60,000 bases of DNA. Source: Malacoraja senta. Taxonomy: Eukaryota. This document shows positions 1 to 11,136 of this stretch, one piece after another. Each line of letters begins with the position of its first letter. Position 1 is the stretch's first letter. The stretch spans positions 312,001-372,000 of the forward strand of contig CM075993.1 in the NCBI GenBank assembly GCA_038087875.1, read 5' to 3'. The notes beneath the pieces were generated by a model, which was given only the letters and a program-made list of their open reading frames with translations, was not told the origin of the DNA and ran no database searches. Both the position numbers and the translations under genes were made by a program.

Positions 1-102
1 CTGGCATCAGATCCAGGCACACCTCAGCATAATCCAGTCTGTTCACCTTCAGCCAATTCAGCTTCCGTTGGAAAAGCCTGACGTAGAGTTTCTGAGCAGC
101 AG
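1..102 (-). CDS. FAN1: FAN1 internal coding exon (runs off the window end)
   Basis: After acceptor ctcag the minus strand reads [33 protein letters not shown], matching vertebrate FAN1 ([13 protein letters not shown]); phase 1 fits the donor at 7216. Confidence 0.92.
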
Positions 103-636
103 CTGAGGACACAAGAGAGCACAGTGTGGTGGACTAGACTCAGACCAGTCAAGGAGTCCTGGATGTACAGTTCCTGGAGGAACTGAACAAATACAACACA
201 GACACAGCAAAACTCGCAGAAATATCCAAGAACCAGCAAGTCCATTCAAACGAGGAAATAAAATGATTACGTAATAATGAAGATAAAGTGAATGAAGCTG
301 AAAACTTATAACTCCGCCGGTTCTGACAATCTGTACACAACATTTTGAAGCAGTGGCTGCAGAGAGGGGGTGCTGTGGTTAAAATCTCCCAAGATCCCAT
401 ACACTGCGGAATGATTGCTGCAGACTGGAGGGTAGGAAACTTGACAGTGGAGGGAGGAAGAAACATGAAACCAGTGAACTGTGAGCTTGGTCTCAGCGGG
501 AGAGAATAATGATCAAATCCACAATAAAGGACATTTGAACACTTCAAAAATAATTATACAGCCAATTTATGCTCTATTCACTGTGGATTTATAAATAGGA
601 AATCAATTTGGATTTGTTTGAGAAGTCTTTTGCACA

Positions 637-3600
637 GATTGGGAGTTAAATATAGAGGGGTACTCGACAATTAGAAAAGATAGACAGGAAAGAAAGGGAG
701 GAGGGGTGGCCCTTTTAATAAGGGAGGGAATAACGGCAATAGAGAGGAAGGATATTGCGTTGAAGGATCAGGATAGTGAAACAGCTTGGGTACAGATAGA
801 GAATAACAAGGGGAAAAAAACACTAGTGGGTGTAATTTATAGACCTCCAAATAGCTGTGACGCTGTTAGTCAGAACATAAATCTGCAAATAGTTGACGCA
901 TGTAAAAAGGGAACTGCTGTAATCATGGGGGACTTCAATTTTCATATTAATTGGGCAAACCAAACTGGGCAGGGTAGACTAGAGGAAGAGTTTATAGAAT
1001 GTATTAGAGACGGGTTCCTAGAACAGTATGTCACAGAACCGACAAGGAGGGAGGCAATCTTGGATCTGGTCCTGTGTAATGAAGCAGGATTAATTAAAAA
1101 TGTCATAGTTAGGGACTCGTTGGGAACAAGTGACCACAATATGGTCGAATTCCATATTCAAATAGAAGGAGAGCAGGTTGAAACTCAGGCTAGGGTACTT
1201 AGTCTAAATAAAGGGGATTATGAAGGTATGAGGACTGAGCTGATCAAAGTTGACTGGGATAGCAGACTCAAGAATAAGACGGTACATGAGCAGTGGTGTA
1301 CGTTTAAGGATCTACTGTATAACCTTCAAGAAAAATTTATTCCTATGAAGAAAAAAAGGGGTAAGGGAAAGAACAGTCAGCCATGGCTCAGTAAAACTAT
1401 AAAGGATAGTATTCGGCTGAAGGCAAGGGCATATAAGGTAGCTAGAGATAGTGGGAGGGTAGAGGATTGGGAAGCATTTAAAGGTCAGCAAAAAATAACT
1501 AAGAGATTAATTAAGACGGGGAAAATAGACTATGAAAGGAATTTAGCGAACAACATAAAAACTAATAGTAAGAGTTTTTATAGCTATATAAAAAGAAAAA
1601 GGGTGGCTAAGGTGAACGTTGGTCCATTGGAGGGTGAGACTGGAGAGTTGTTGGTGGGGAACATGGAAATGGCAAAGGCATTAAACGAGTATTTTGTATC
1701 AGTCTTCACCATAGAAGACACAAAAAATATTCCAACGCTGGATAAACAGGGGGCGGTAGGAATGGAGGAGCTAAATACTATTAAGATCACCAAGGAGGTG
1801 GTATTAGGGAAATTAATGAGACTGAAGGAGGATAAATCCCCTGGGCCTGATGGATTACATCCAAGGGTCTTGAGGGAGATAGCGGTGGGGATTGTGGATG
1901 CATTGGTGATAATTTTCCAAAACTCCCTGGAGGCAGGAACGGTCCCAGTGGATTGGAAAATGGCCAATGTAACACCTATATTTAAAAAAGGAAGTAAACA
2001 GAAGGCGGGTAACTATAGACCGGTTAGTCTAACATCGGTGGTGGGTAAAATGTTAGAGACAATTATTAAAGAAACACTAACGGGGCACTTGGATAAACAT
2101 GACTTCATCGGACAGAACCAGCATGGTTTTGTGAAGGGGAAGTCCTGTTTAACGAATCTGCTCGAATTCTTTGAGGAAGTAACAACCCGGGTGGATAAAG
2201 GGGAACCGGTGGATGTGGTATACTTGGACTTCCAAAAGGCTTTTGACAAGGTGCCACATAAGAGACTATTGCTAAAAATAAAAAATTATGGGATTGGGGG
2301 TAATATATTAGCATGGGTAGAGGATTGGCTAACAAATAGGAAACAGAGAGTGGGGATAAATGGTTCATACTCGGGATGGCAACCGGTAACTAGCGGGGTT
2401 CCGCAAGGGTCGGTGCTGGGACCCCAGTTGTTCACAATTTATATAAATGATTTGGAGGAGGGAACCAAGTGTAATATATCAAAATTTGCGGACGATACAA
2501 AAATGGGAGGAAAAGTAGGGGATGAGGAGGATAGGAAGAGTCTGCAAAAGGATATAGATAAGCTAGGTGAGTGGGCAACAACTTGGCAGATGAAATTTAA
2601 TACTAATAAATGTGAAGTCATTCACTTTGGGAAAAAAAATGATAGGGCAAGTTATTTTCTAAATGAGGTGGAGCTGCGTTGTAATGCAACGCAAAGGGAT
2701 CTAGGGGTAGTAGTACATGAATCACTAAAAGTTAGTATGCAGGTGCAGCAAGCAATCAGGAAGGCCAATGGAGTTTTGGCCTTTATTGCTAGGGGGATTG
2801 AGTATAAAAACACGGAGGTCTTGCTGCAGCTGTACACAGTATTAGTGAGACCACATTTGGAATACTGTGTACAGTTCTGGGGTCCATACTTAAGAAAGGA
2901 TGTACTGGCCCTGGAGGCAGTGCAGCGAAGGTGTACAAGATTAATTCCTGCAATGAGGGGATTGACATATGAGGAAAGGTTAAGTAGGCTGGAACTCTAC
3001 TCTTTGGAGTTTAGAAGAATGAGAGGCGATCTCATTGAAACATATAAGATCGTGAGGGGCCTTGATCGGGTGGATGCACCGAGGATGTTCCCAATGATCG
3101 GGGAAACTAGAACTAGGGGACATAGTTGTAGAATAAGAGGGGGCTCTTTTAAAACTGAGATGAGGAAGAACTTCTTCACCCAGAGGGTGGTTAATTTATG
3201 GAATTCACTGCCCCAGGGAGCAGTGGAAGCAGAAACATTAAATATATTTAAATCTAAAATAGATGGTTTTTTAGCTGCCAAGGGGATAAGGGGCTACGGG
3301 GAGAGGGCAGGGATATGGACCTAGGTATGGTTAGTATAGTAAGACCTGAGTGATCTCCTGGACAAGTGTCGATCGCCTGGATTGGGGTCGGAGAGGAATT
3401 TCCCGGATTTTTTTCCCGAATTGGACCTGGGTTTTTATCCGTTTTTTTGCCTCCCCCAGGAGATCACGCGGTTCTTGGGGTCGAGAGGGGTGATAGCGAT
3501 ATAAAGGGGAGGGTAGTGTCTTGTGTTCTGTGTCTTGTGTCTACTGTTTGTGGGTAAGGGTGTCTGTTTAGTGTTCAGCCATGAGCGAATGGCGGTGCGG

Positions 3601-3657
3601 GCTCGATGGGCCTGGTGGTCTACTCTCGCACCTACTTTCTATGTTTCTATGTTTCTA
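637..3657 (+). mobile_element. Young 5'-truncated CR1 LINE with uninterrupted ORF2 (APE endonuclease C-part + RT), in FAN1 intron
   Basis: ORF 706-3324 has YRPP, GDFN, SDH, YLDFQKAFDKVPH, GVPQGSVLGP and FADD motifs; ends in a (TTTCTATG)n tail at about 3636-3657. Confidence 0.95.
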
Positions 3658-4211
3658 TTAGGGCAAAGGAACCAGAGGGCATAGGTTTAAGGTGAGGGGG
3701 AAAAAATGTAATGGAACCTGAGGGGTAACTGTTTTTACATATCGGGTGGTGGGTCTATGGAACGAACTGCCGGAGGAGGTTGTTGAGGCAGGTACTATCA
3801 TAACATTTAAAAGACATAGTACATGCATAGGATAGGTTTAGTGGGTTATGGGCCAAGCACGGACAGGTGGGATTTGTGTAGATGGGGCCTGTTGGTCGGC
3901 GTGGGCAAGTTGGGCCGAAGGACTTGCTTCCACACCATAGGATTCTGATTCTAATTCAAAACATCGCTTGGCCATTCTCTCCACAGATGTTGCCTGACCC
4001 ATTGAGTTCCTCCCGCACATTTGCTTAAAATTCCAGCACCTGCAGTTCCTTGTGTCTCCTGTATATGTTTACGTTTAAGGAGTGTGGTTATCTAACACAA
4101 GTCAAGTCAAGTCATTTATTTATATAGCACATTTAAAAAACAACTCTCGTTGGCCAAAGTGCTTTACATTTGTTATAATAGCATAAACAAAACAAACTAC
4201 CTACATACATA

Positions 4212-5813
4212 CAGTGGCTTGCAAAAGTATTCATACCCCTTGAACTTTTCCACATTTTGTCACGTTACAACCACAAACGTAAATGTATTTTATTGGGACC
4301 AACACAAAGTGGCGCATATTTGTGAAGTGGTAGGAAAATGATACATGGTTTTCAAATTATTTTACAAATAAAAAACTGAAAAGTGTCGCGTGCAAAAGTA
4401 TTCAGCCCCCTTTACTCTGATACCCCTAAATGAAATCCAGTGCAACCAATTGCCTTCAGAAGTCACCTAATTAGTAAATAGAGTCCACTTGTGTGTAATC
4501 TAATCTCAGTATAAATACAGCTGTTCTGTGAAGGCCTCAGAGGTTTGTTAGAGAACATTAGTGAACAAACAGCATCATGAAGCCCAAGGAACACAACAGA
4601 CAGGTCAGGGATAAAGTTGTGGAGAAGTTTAAAGCAGGGTTAGGTTATAAACAAATATCCCAAGCTTTGAACATCTCACGGAGCACTGTTCAATCCATCA
4701 TCCGAAAATGGAAAGAGTATGGCACAACTGCAAACCTACCAAGACATGGCCGTCCACCTAAACTGACAGGCTAGGCAAGGAGAGCATTGATCAGAGAAGC
4801 AGCCAAGAGGCCCATGGTAACTCTGGAGGAGCTGCAGAGATCCACAGCTCAGGTGGGAGAATCTGTCCACAGGACAACTATTAGTCGTGCACTCCACAAA
4901 TCGGGCCTTTATGGAAGAGTGGCAAGAAGAAAGCCATTGTTGAAAAAAAGCCATAAGAAGTCCCGTTTGCAGTTTGCCACAAGCCATGTGGGGGACACAG
5001 CAAACATGTGGAGGAAGGTGCTCTGGTCAGATGAGACCAAAATTGAAGTTTTTGGCCTAAATGCAAAACGCTAAGTGTGGCGGAAACCTAACACTGCACA
5101 TCACCCTGAACACACCATCCCCACTGTGAAACATAGTGGTGGCAGCATCATGCTGTGGGGATGCTTTTCTTCAGCAGGGACAGGGAAGCTAGTCAGAGTT
5201 GATGGGAAGATGGATGGAGCCAAATACAGGGCAATCTTGGAAGAAAACCTGTTAGAGTCTGCAAAAGACTTGAGACTGGGGCGGAGGTTCACCTTCCAGC
5301 AGGACAACGACCCTAAACATACATCCAGAGCTACAATGGAATGGTTTAGATCAAAGTATATTGATGTGTTAGAATGGCCCAGTCAAAGTCCAGACCTAAA
5401 TCCAATTGAGAATCTCTGGCAAGACTTGAAAATTGCTGTTCACAGACGCTCTCCATCCAATCTGACTGAGCTTGAGCTATTTTGCAAAGAAGAATGGGCA
5501 AAAATTTCAGTCTCTAGATGTGCAAAGCTGGTAGAGACATACCCCAAAAGACTTGCAGCTGTAATTGCAGCGAAAGGTGGTTCTACAAAGTATTGACTCG
5601 GGGGGCTGAATACTTTTGCACGCGACGCTTTTCAGTTTTTTATTTGTAAAAAAATTTGAAAACCGTGTATCATTTTCCTTCCACTTCACAATTATGCACC
5701 ACTTTGTGTTGGTCTATCACATAAAATCCCAATAAAATACATTTACGTTTGTGGTTGTAACGTGACAAAATGTGGAAAAGTTCAAGGGGTATGAAAACTT
5801 TTGCAAGCCACTG
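4212..5813 (+). mobile_element. Full-length Tc1/mariner DNA transposon with about 200-bp IR/DR-type terminal inverted repeats
   Basis: TA-CAGTGGCTTGCAAAAG ... CTTTTGCAAGCCACTG-TA; TIRs at about 4212-4410 and 5600-5813; internal transposase. Confidence 0.96.
4577..5596 (+). pseudogene. Tc1 (DD34E-type) transposase with two in-frame stops
   Basis: ORFs 4577-4774, 4787-5074 and 5075-5596 share one frame; [18 protein letters not shown] and [11 protein letters not shown] motifs; stops at 4772-4774 and 5072-5074. Confidence 0.95.
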
Positions 5814-6534
5814 TATATACATGTAGCCCTCACTCAGAGGACGTCAGGGAAGGCTTGGGAGTATAGATAAGTTTTTAGTCTTGACTTAAGAGTCGATGGA
5901 GGGGGCAGTTCTGATGGGAATGTAATGTAACAAGCTGTTAAGAAAGGCAAACATAATAGTCTTCACTGCGCGAGGATTTTAGTACAATTATATTCTAGGA
6001 TAGTTATACAGGATCTTGGTGAGATCACATCTTCAGTACTTGGTTCAATCCCTTACTTAAAGGATATAATTGCCATAAAATGCAGCAAAGATTCAGCAGA
6101 CTGAGAATGCAGAGCTGCCGTACTAGACAGAGAGTAGGCTAGCATTCTAGTTTAGAAAAATGAGAGGTGACCTCGTTGGAAATGTACACATTTTATTACG
6201 GTATATTTAGAAAGGATGTTTTCCCTTGCTAAGAGTGTAGAATAAGGGATTATAATGTGAAAATAACGTAGGCCATTTGTGTCTGAAGTGAGGAGACATT
6301 TCTTCACTGAGTGGTGAGTCTTTGGTTTAGAATAAAAATCAGTAGATTTCTAGATATCAAAGACATGCGAGGATAATGCAGGGAAATTGTGATTGATGAA
6401 GAGGACTTAAACTGAATTTATAATCCTGTGTCCTATGACAGGGCAGTGTATAATCTGTGTTGAAGAATATTAGCTACTGTTTGTCCAATTTGATAAACGG
6501 AAACCAATTCTGTGATGAAACAATGTCGATGTTT

Positions 6535-7110
6535 TAGGAGCAAGGAGGTCCTACTGCAGTTGTACAGGGCCCTGGTGAGACTACACCTGGAGTATTGTGT
6601 GCAATTTTGGTCTCCTAATTTGAGGAAGGTTCAGCAGGTTAATTCCCGGGATGGCGGCACTGACGTATGATGAAAGAATGGGTCGATTGGGCTTGTATTT
6701 ACTGGAATTTAGAAGGATGCGAGGAGATCTTATAGAAACATACAAAATTCTTAAGGGATTGGACAGGCTAGATGCAGGAAAAAATTTCCCGATGTTGGGG
6801 GAGTCCAGAACCAGGGGTCACAGTTTAAGAATAAGGGGTAGGCCATTTAGGACTGAGATGAACAAAAACTTCTTCACCCAGAGAGTTGTGAATCTGTGGA
6901 ATTCTATGCCACAGAAGACAGTGGAGGCCAATTCACTGGATGTTTTTCAAGGGAGTTAGATTTAGCCCTTAGGGCTAACGGAATCAAGGGATATGGGGAG
7001 AAAGCAGGATTTTTGATGATCAGCCATGACCTGCACGAGATAGCCCAGCTGTTGGCGGTTGTGCAGAAGCAGAATGGCTAGAAGGGCCGAATGGCCTCCT
7101 CCTGCATCTA
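6535..7110 (+). mobile_element. CR1 3' fragment
   Basis: LEFRRMRGDLIETYKI...FFTQRVVNLWNS plus CR1-like 3'UTR. Confidence 0.88.
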
Positions 7111-7215
7111 TTTGTTGTGATGCTGATGCTGGCACTGTGAGGGTGCAGGGGCGAGGCGGGGTGTTGGGGACCAGAGGGCCGGGCAGCATCTGTGGGCAAC
7201 ATTGGCCTCATTTAC

Positions 7216-8012
7216 CCGAGAGCCGCCCGAAGGTGCCGATCCAGCGGCCGTCATCCTCGTTCAACAGCTCGGCGTCCGGGCTCCGCAGCACCGCGGCCAC
7301 GACCCGCTGGAAGTTCCCCAGGTAGTAGGGCGGGCAGGCGGCGTCCGCATCACCCCGAGCCCGAGGCCCCGGGGGGCGCTCCCTCCTCCCCCCCACCCGG
7401 GGGCGCTCCCACCTCCCCCCCCACCCGGGGGCGCTACCCTCCTCCCCCCCACCCTGGGGCGCTCCCTCCTCCCCCCCACCCGGGGGCGCTCCCTCCTCCC
7501 CCCCCACCCGGGGGGCGCTCCCTCCTCCCCCCCACCCGGGGGCGCTCCCTCCTCCCCCCCCACCCGGGGGCGCTACCTCCTCCCCCCCACCCTGGGGCGC
7601 TCCCTCCTCCCCCCCACCCTGGGGCGCTCCCTCCTCCCCCCCACCCGGGGGCGCTACCTCCTCCCCCCCACCCGGGGGCGCTCCCTCCACCCCCCCACCC
7701 TGGGGCGCTCCCTCCTCCCCCCCACCCGGGGGCGCTCCCTCCACCCCCCCCACCCTGGGGCGCTCCCTCCTCCCCCCCACCCGGGGGCGCTCCCTCCACC
7801 CCCCCACCCGGGGGCGCTCCCTCCTCCCCCCCCACCCGGGGGCGCTCCCTCCCACTCCGCGGCCCCGGGGCGCTCCCTCTTCCCGCGATGTCGCCGCGAC
7901 AACTTGTTCAGCGGCCGGACGCTGGCGCCGCGTCACGGCGGGACAGAGGGACCCGGGCGGGTGACGTCTCCGCGACCCGCGGCCGCTTCAGCTCCGGCGG
8001 CGGCATCGGCAT
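7216..8012 (-). CDS. FAN1: FAN1 first coding exon (5' part uncertain, frame broken across the GC-rich VNTR)
   Basis: 3' end reads PYYLGNFQRVVAAVLRSPDAELLNEDDGRWIGTFGRLS|gtaaat (FAN1 PYYL..F motif); candidate start MPMPPPELKRPR at 8012. Confidence 0.7.
7371..7860. repeat. About 28-29-bp GC-rich minisatellite (ccacccgggggcgctccctcctcccccc)n, roughly 17 copies
   Basis: Direct tandem repetition with variable C-run lengths. Confidence 0.95.
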
Positions 8013-8029
8013 CGCAGCGCTGCCCCTCC

Positions 8030-8375
8030 CGCCCAGTGTCCAGTGCCGCCCCCTGGCGGGCCCAGTGTCTAGTGCCGCCCCCTGGCGGGCCCAGTACCAC
8101 CCCTAGCGTGCCCAGTACCACCCCCTGGCGGGCCCAGTGCTCAGTGCCGCCCCCCTGGCGGGCCCCAGTGTCTAGTGCCGCCCCCTGGCGGGCCCAGTGC
8201 CCAGTGCCGCCCCTGGCGGGCCCAGTGCCGCCCCCTGGCGGGCCCAGTGCCGCCCCCCTGTGCCCAGTACCACCCCTAGCGGGCCCAGTGCCGCCCCCTG
8301 GCGGACCCAGTGCCCAGTGCCGCCCCCTGTGCCCAGTGCCACCCCCTACCGGGCCCAGTGTCGCCCCCTAGGGGG
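8030..8375. repeat. GC-rich tandem repeat (cccagtgccgccccctggcggg)n in the FAN1 promoter/CpG island
   Basis: Ten or more imperfect copies; unit contains a CTCF-like core. Confidence 0.9.
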
Positions 8376-8624
8376 CCCTGTGCCCTCCCCGGCGGATGGA
8401 CAGCGCGGGCTGCCCGGACGCTGCCCCCCCGGCCCAGGGTGGCCAACCGCTGCCTCCTCCTCCACCAATCTAGTAATCACAACCCAGTGTCGGCCAAACA
8501 GTCACCCTGCCCGTGACCGTTCCACTCAGTCCGCCTTAACCCCCCCCCCCTGTAAACACTTGGTAAACACTAACTCTAACTCGAACTAACTCCATCAACA
8601 CCCACGCTAAACACATTCCCCCTC

Positions 8625-9105
8625 CCACATTCCCACTCCCTCCCCCACTGACCTTTCTGTCGTGGACCTCCTCCACTGTTAGAGTGAGGCCCAGCACAAA
8701 TTGGAGAAATCTCATATTTCGCTTAGGCAGCTTACACCCCAGCAGTTGACTTCTCTAACAAAGTAACCCTTGCTTTCCCTCTCTCTCCATCCCTCCCCAG
8801 TTCTCCGACCAGTCTGAATGTCCCCATTTAAATCTATATATCTGTTTGCTTTGTTACCTATTAGCTAACAATAATCTATTCTACATTTTCCTTGATTCAC
8901 ATCTCTTTTGATGCTCTTATTTTCACTCATTACATTTCATTATCTCTGTGTCTCCCTCTCCCCTGACCGTCTGAAGAAAGGTCTTCTCTCCAGAAATGCT
9001 GCCTGTCCCCCCTGAATTACTCCAACAGATAGACGCAAAATGCTGGAGTAACTCGGCGGCATCTCTAGAGAGAAGGAATGGGTGATGTTTCAGGTCGGAG
9101 ACCGT
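8625..9105 (+). mobile_element. Penelope-like element 3' fragment (degenerate GIY-YIG C-terminus and downstream repeat)
   Basis: Degenerate LLHC.SEAQHKLE..LIFRLGSLHP, then gtctgaagaaaggtc and the gatgctgcctg..gagttactcca family motif. Confidence 0.7.
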
Positions 9106-9683
9106 TTGCATTTTGTGTCTATGTTAATATTTCGATACAACTTCAAATTCTCTTGACAATACAATGCAATTTAATCATTCCGTGGCATTTTCAAATAACA
9201 ATTGAGATATTAAGTATAAAGGTTTATGATCTGCTGGACATGTTTCTATTCATCAATTTACACAATCAGTCCATGATGTGAACATTACCCAGAAACTGCT
9301 AACAGTCACATGTGTGCTTTAATCCAACACAAACACACAGCTTCCTTCCCAAGCTTTTATTCTCTCCATTTCACTGCATTTTAAAACATTTTCTGGTTCT
9401 GATCAAAGATCAGGAACTTGAAATGCCTGATGCACTACACTGAAGCGTCCTAAATCCTTGGTATTTCCAACATCTTTGTGTTGTCTGAAGATCAGATTTT
9501 CGGTCATTTATGTCTCTTTCACAGACTGAGGCTAACAAAAAGCTCTTCATACAAATCAGAAAATTGATTCTTTTAATGGACGCAGCTTGTTTTATATAAG
9601 AAACATTTTGGAATGCTATGCTCCATAACAGCAAGGGCAGGAAGCGGGGATAACACCATGTAGACAGCGTGAAGGGATCTGTA

Positions 9684-9833
9684 TTAAAGTTTCAACTTGT
9701 TTCCTGAAAGTTTCCCGTGAATATTCTTCTTCTTCGCTCCAACCTTGACTCCTTTGAGCTCTGCTTTCACTTGATCTTGTAAATGGGAGAAGAAGGCTTT
9801 TGATGAACGCAAACTCTTGTCTTTTCCTTCATC
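9684..9833 (-). CDS. MPHOSPH10: MPHOSPH10 exon 11 (last)
   Basis: DEGKDKSLRSSKAFFSHLQDQVK...NKLKL*; AG acceptor; AATAAA on minus strand at 9356-9361. Confidence 0.93.
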   Translation of the reverse strand, partial: DEGKDKSLRSSKAFFSHLQDQVKAELKGVKVGAKKKNIHGKLSGNKLKL

Positions 9834-10478
9834 CTTTTTGTAATAAAAACAACATTAGTCCATTTTAAAATGCTATATTATTTCTGCTTGTGGTGAATTA
9901 CAGTGCTAGGATTTACTGTATGAACAGTGCTATGAGGTTCAGGCATCAGGAATGCATGCAAAGGGGGAGATTGATGAAATTACTAATCTAATTAATTGAA
10001 ATACTAAATCTAATTATGCAAGTAAACTGATCCAGCAATCAGATAGTACTGCAACTGGTGAAGATAACGGCTTAAGAAAAGTTCACATTTCAGCTATTGA
10101 AGGATCCCACCACAATCATCTACCCGGGGTACAGTCCCTGAAGGTGTCCCTAAAGCTGATAGATCATGTTTATTCTCTGTATTTTCTGGTTGTTTTTAAT
10201 TTGTCATGAAGCAACTGTAATGGGAGATGTTAGAGGATTTGAAATCACAGTGCAGGGCATGGAGCTAGCTCGATTGGATTTAAAATCTGTTGAGAGCTAA
10301 TTCAATTGGTGATTACACTGGGATTGATTCATGGTGATTTACTGTCACTGGGGAGCAATTATACAACGGAAATAAAACACTGCAAAGTGGAGTTCACTTC
10401 CTCTCTTCAATGCGCACAAGGAACATTAGACGGCAGGATTGTACAGCAGCTCTGATGGTAATCACTATCTGCGCTCAC

Positions 10479-10709
10479 CTTTAGCAACACCACCTTTCCC
10501 TGCTGACTCAGTTTCTTTGCTTTCTCAGCATTCATTTCCTTCTCTCGTTTGCCGCTCAGCTTCACGTTCTGCTTCTCCAGTTCTTTCTGCCTCGTCTCTC
10601 TTGCCTGTAGTCGCAGTCGCTTCAGCTTCTTCTTCTTCCTCCTCTCCCGCTTCTTGTCAGTCGGTGTCTTCTCATCCTCTCCCTGCAGCGCTCCAGCTCG
10701 GCCCTTCCC
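10479..10709 (-). CDS. MPHOSPH10: MPHOSPH10 exon 10
   Basis: GKGRAG...EKTPTDKKRERRKKKKLKR...GKVVLLK; AG/GT boundaries; 231 nt. Confidence 0.92.
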
Positions 10710-11028
10710 CTGTAATTGTCACCAGTCAGCACAACTCCAGCACTGAGCACATTCCCCGCTCTCACCAGTACAAACATCCAGCCTGACAGAGGGGCTGCAG
10801 TCGGGTAAACCACGTGTGAACCTCACACACTGACACCTGGGCTCAGCCCCAAACACACCCAATGTGTACTGGATCACTCTCTAGCAGACCCACTGACCTC
10901 ACAAGGAGGGACTCACATTAATCTATGGCCACCCCCCACACCAGCTCAACTGATAACTGGAGCTCAGTGTCGCTCCAAGAAGCATTCACCCCCATTATCT
11001 CTGACTTTGCTCTGCTTTCATCTCTTAC

Positions 11029-11136
11029 CTTGACTTCCTCTGGTGCCAACAGCGTGGCATCACTGACATTCACTGGAGCCACCTCCTCCATGTTGATGGA
11101 AGGCAGGTTGGAAACTACTTTCATCTCAGGCACAGG
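11029..11136 (-). CDS. MPHOSPH10: MPHOSPH10 exon 9
   Basis: [36 protein letters not shown]. Confidence 0.95.

Larger units (their letters stand above)
4098..5920 (-). mobile_element. L2-like LINE 3' fragment, split by the Tc1 insertion
   Basis: Minus strand encodes ...KSRLKTYLYSQAF, followed by TGTAAAGCACTTTG...GTGCTATATAAATAAA and a (GACTT)n tail. Confidence 0.65.

Noticed and set aside
942..3281. Multiple minus-strand ORFs over the CR1
   Set aside because: Antisense shadows of the RT ORF
7192..8589. Long Pro/Gly-rich plus-strand ORFs
   Set aside because: Translation of GC-rich tandem repeats antisense to FAN1
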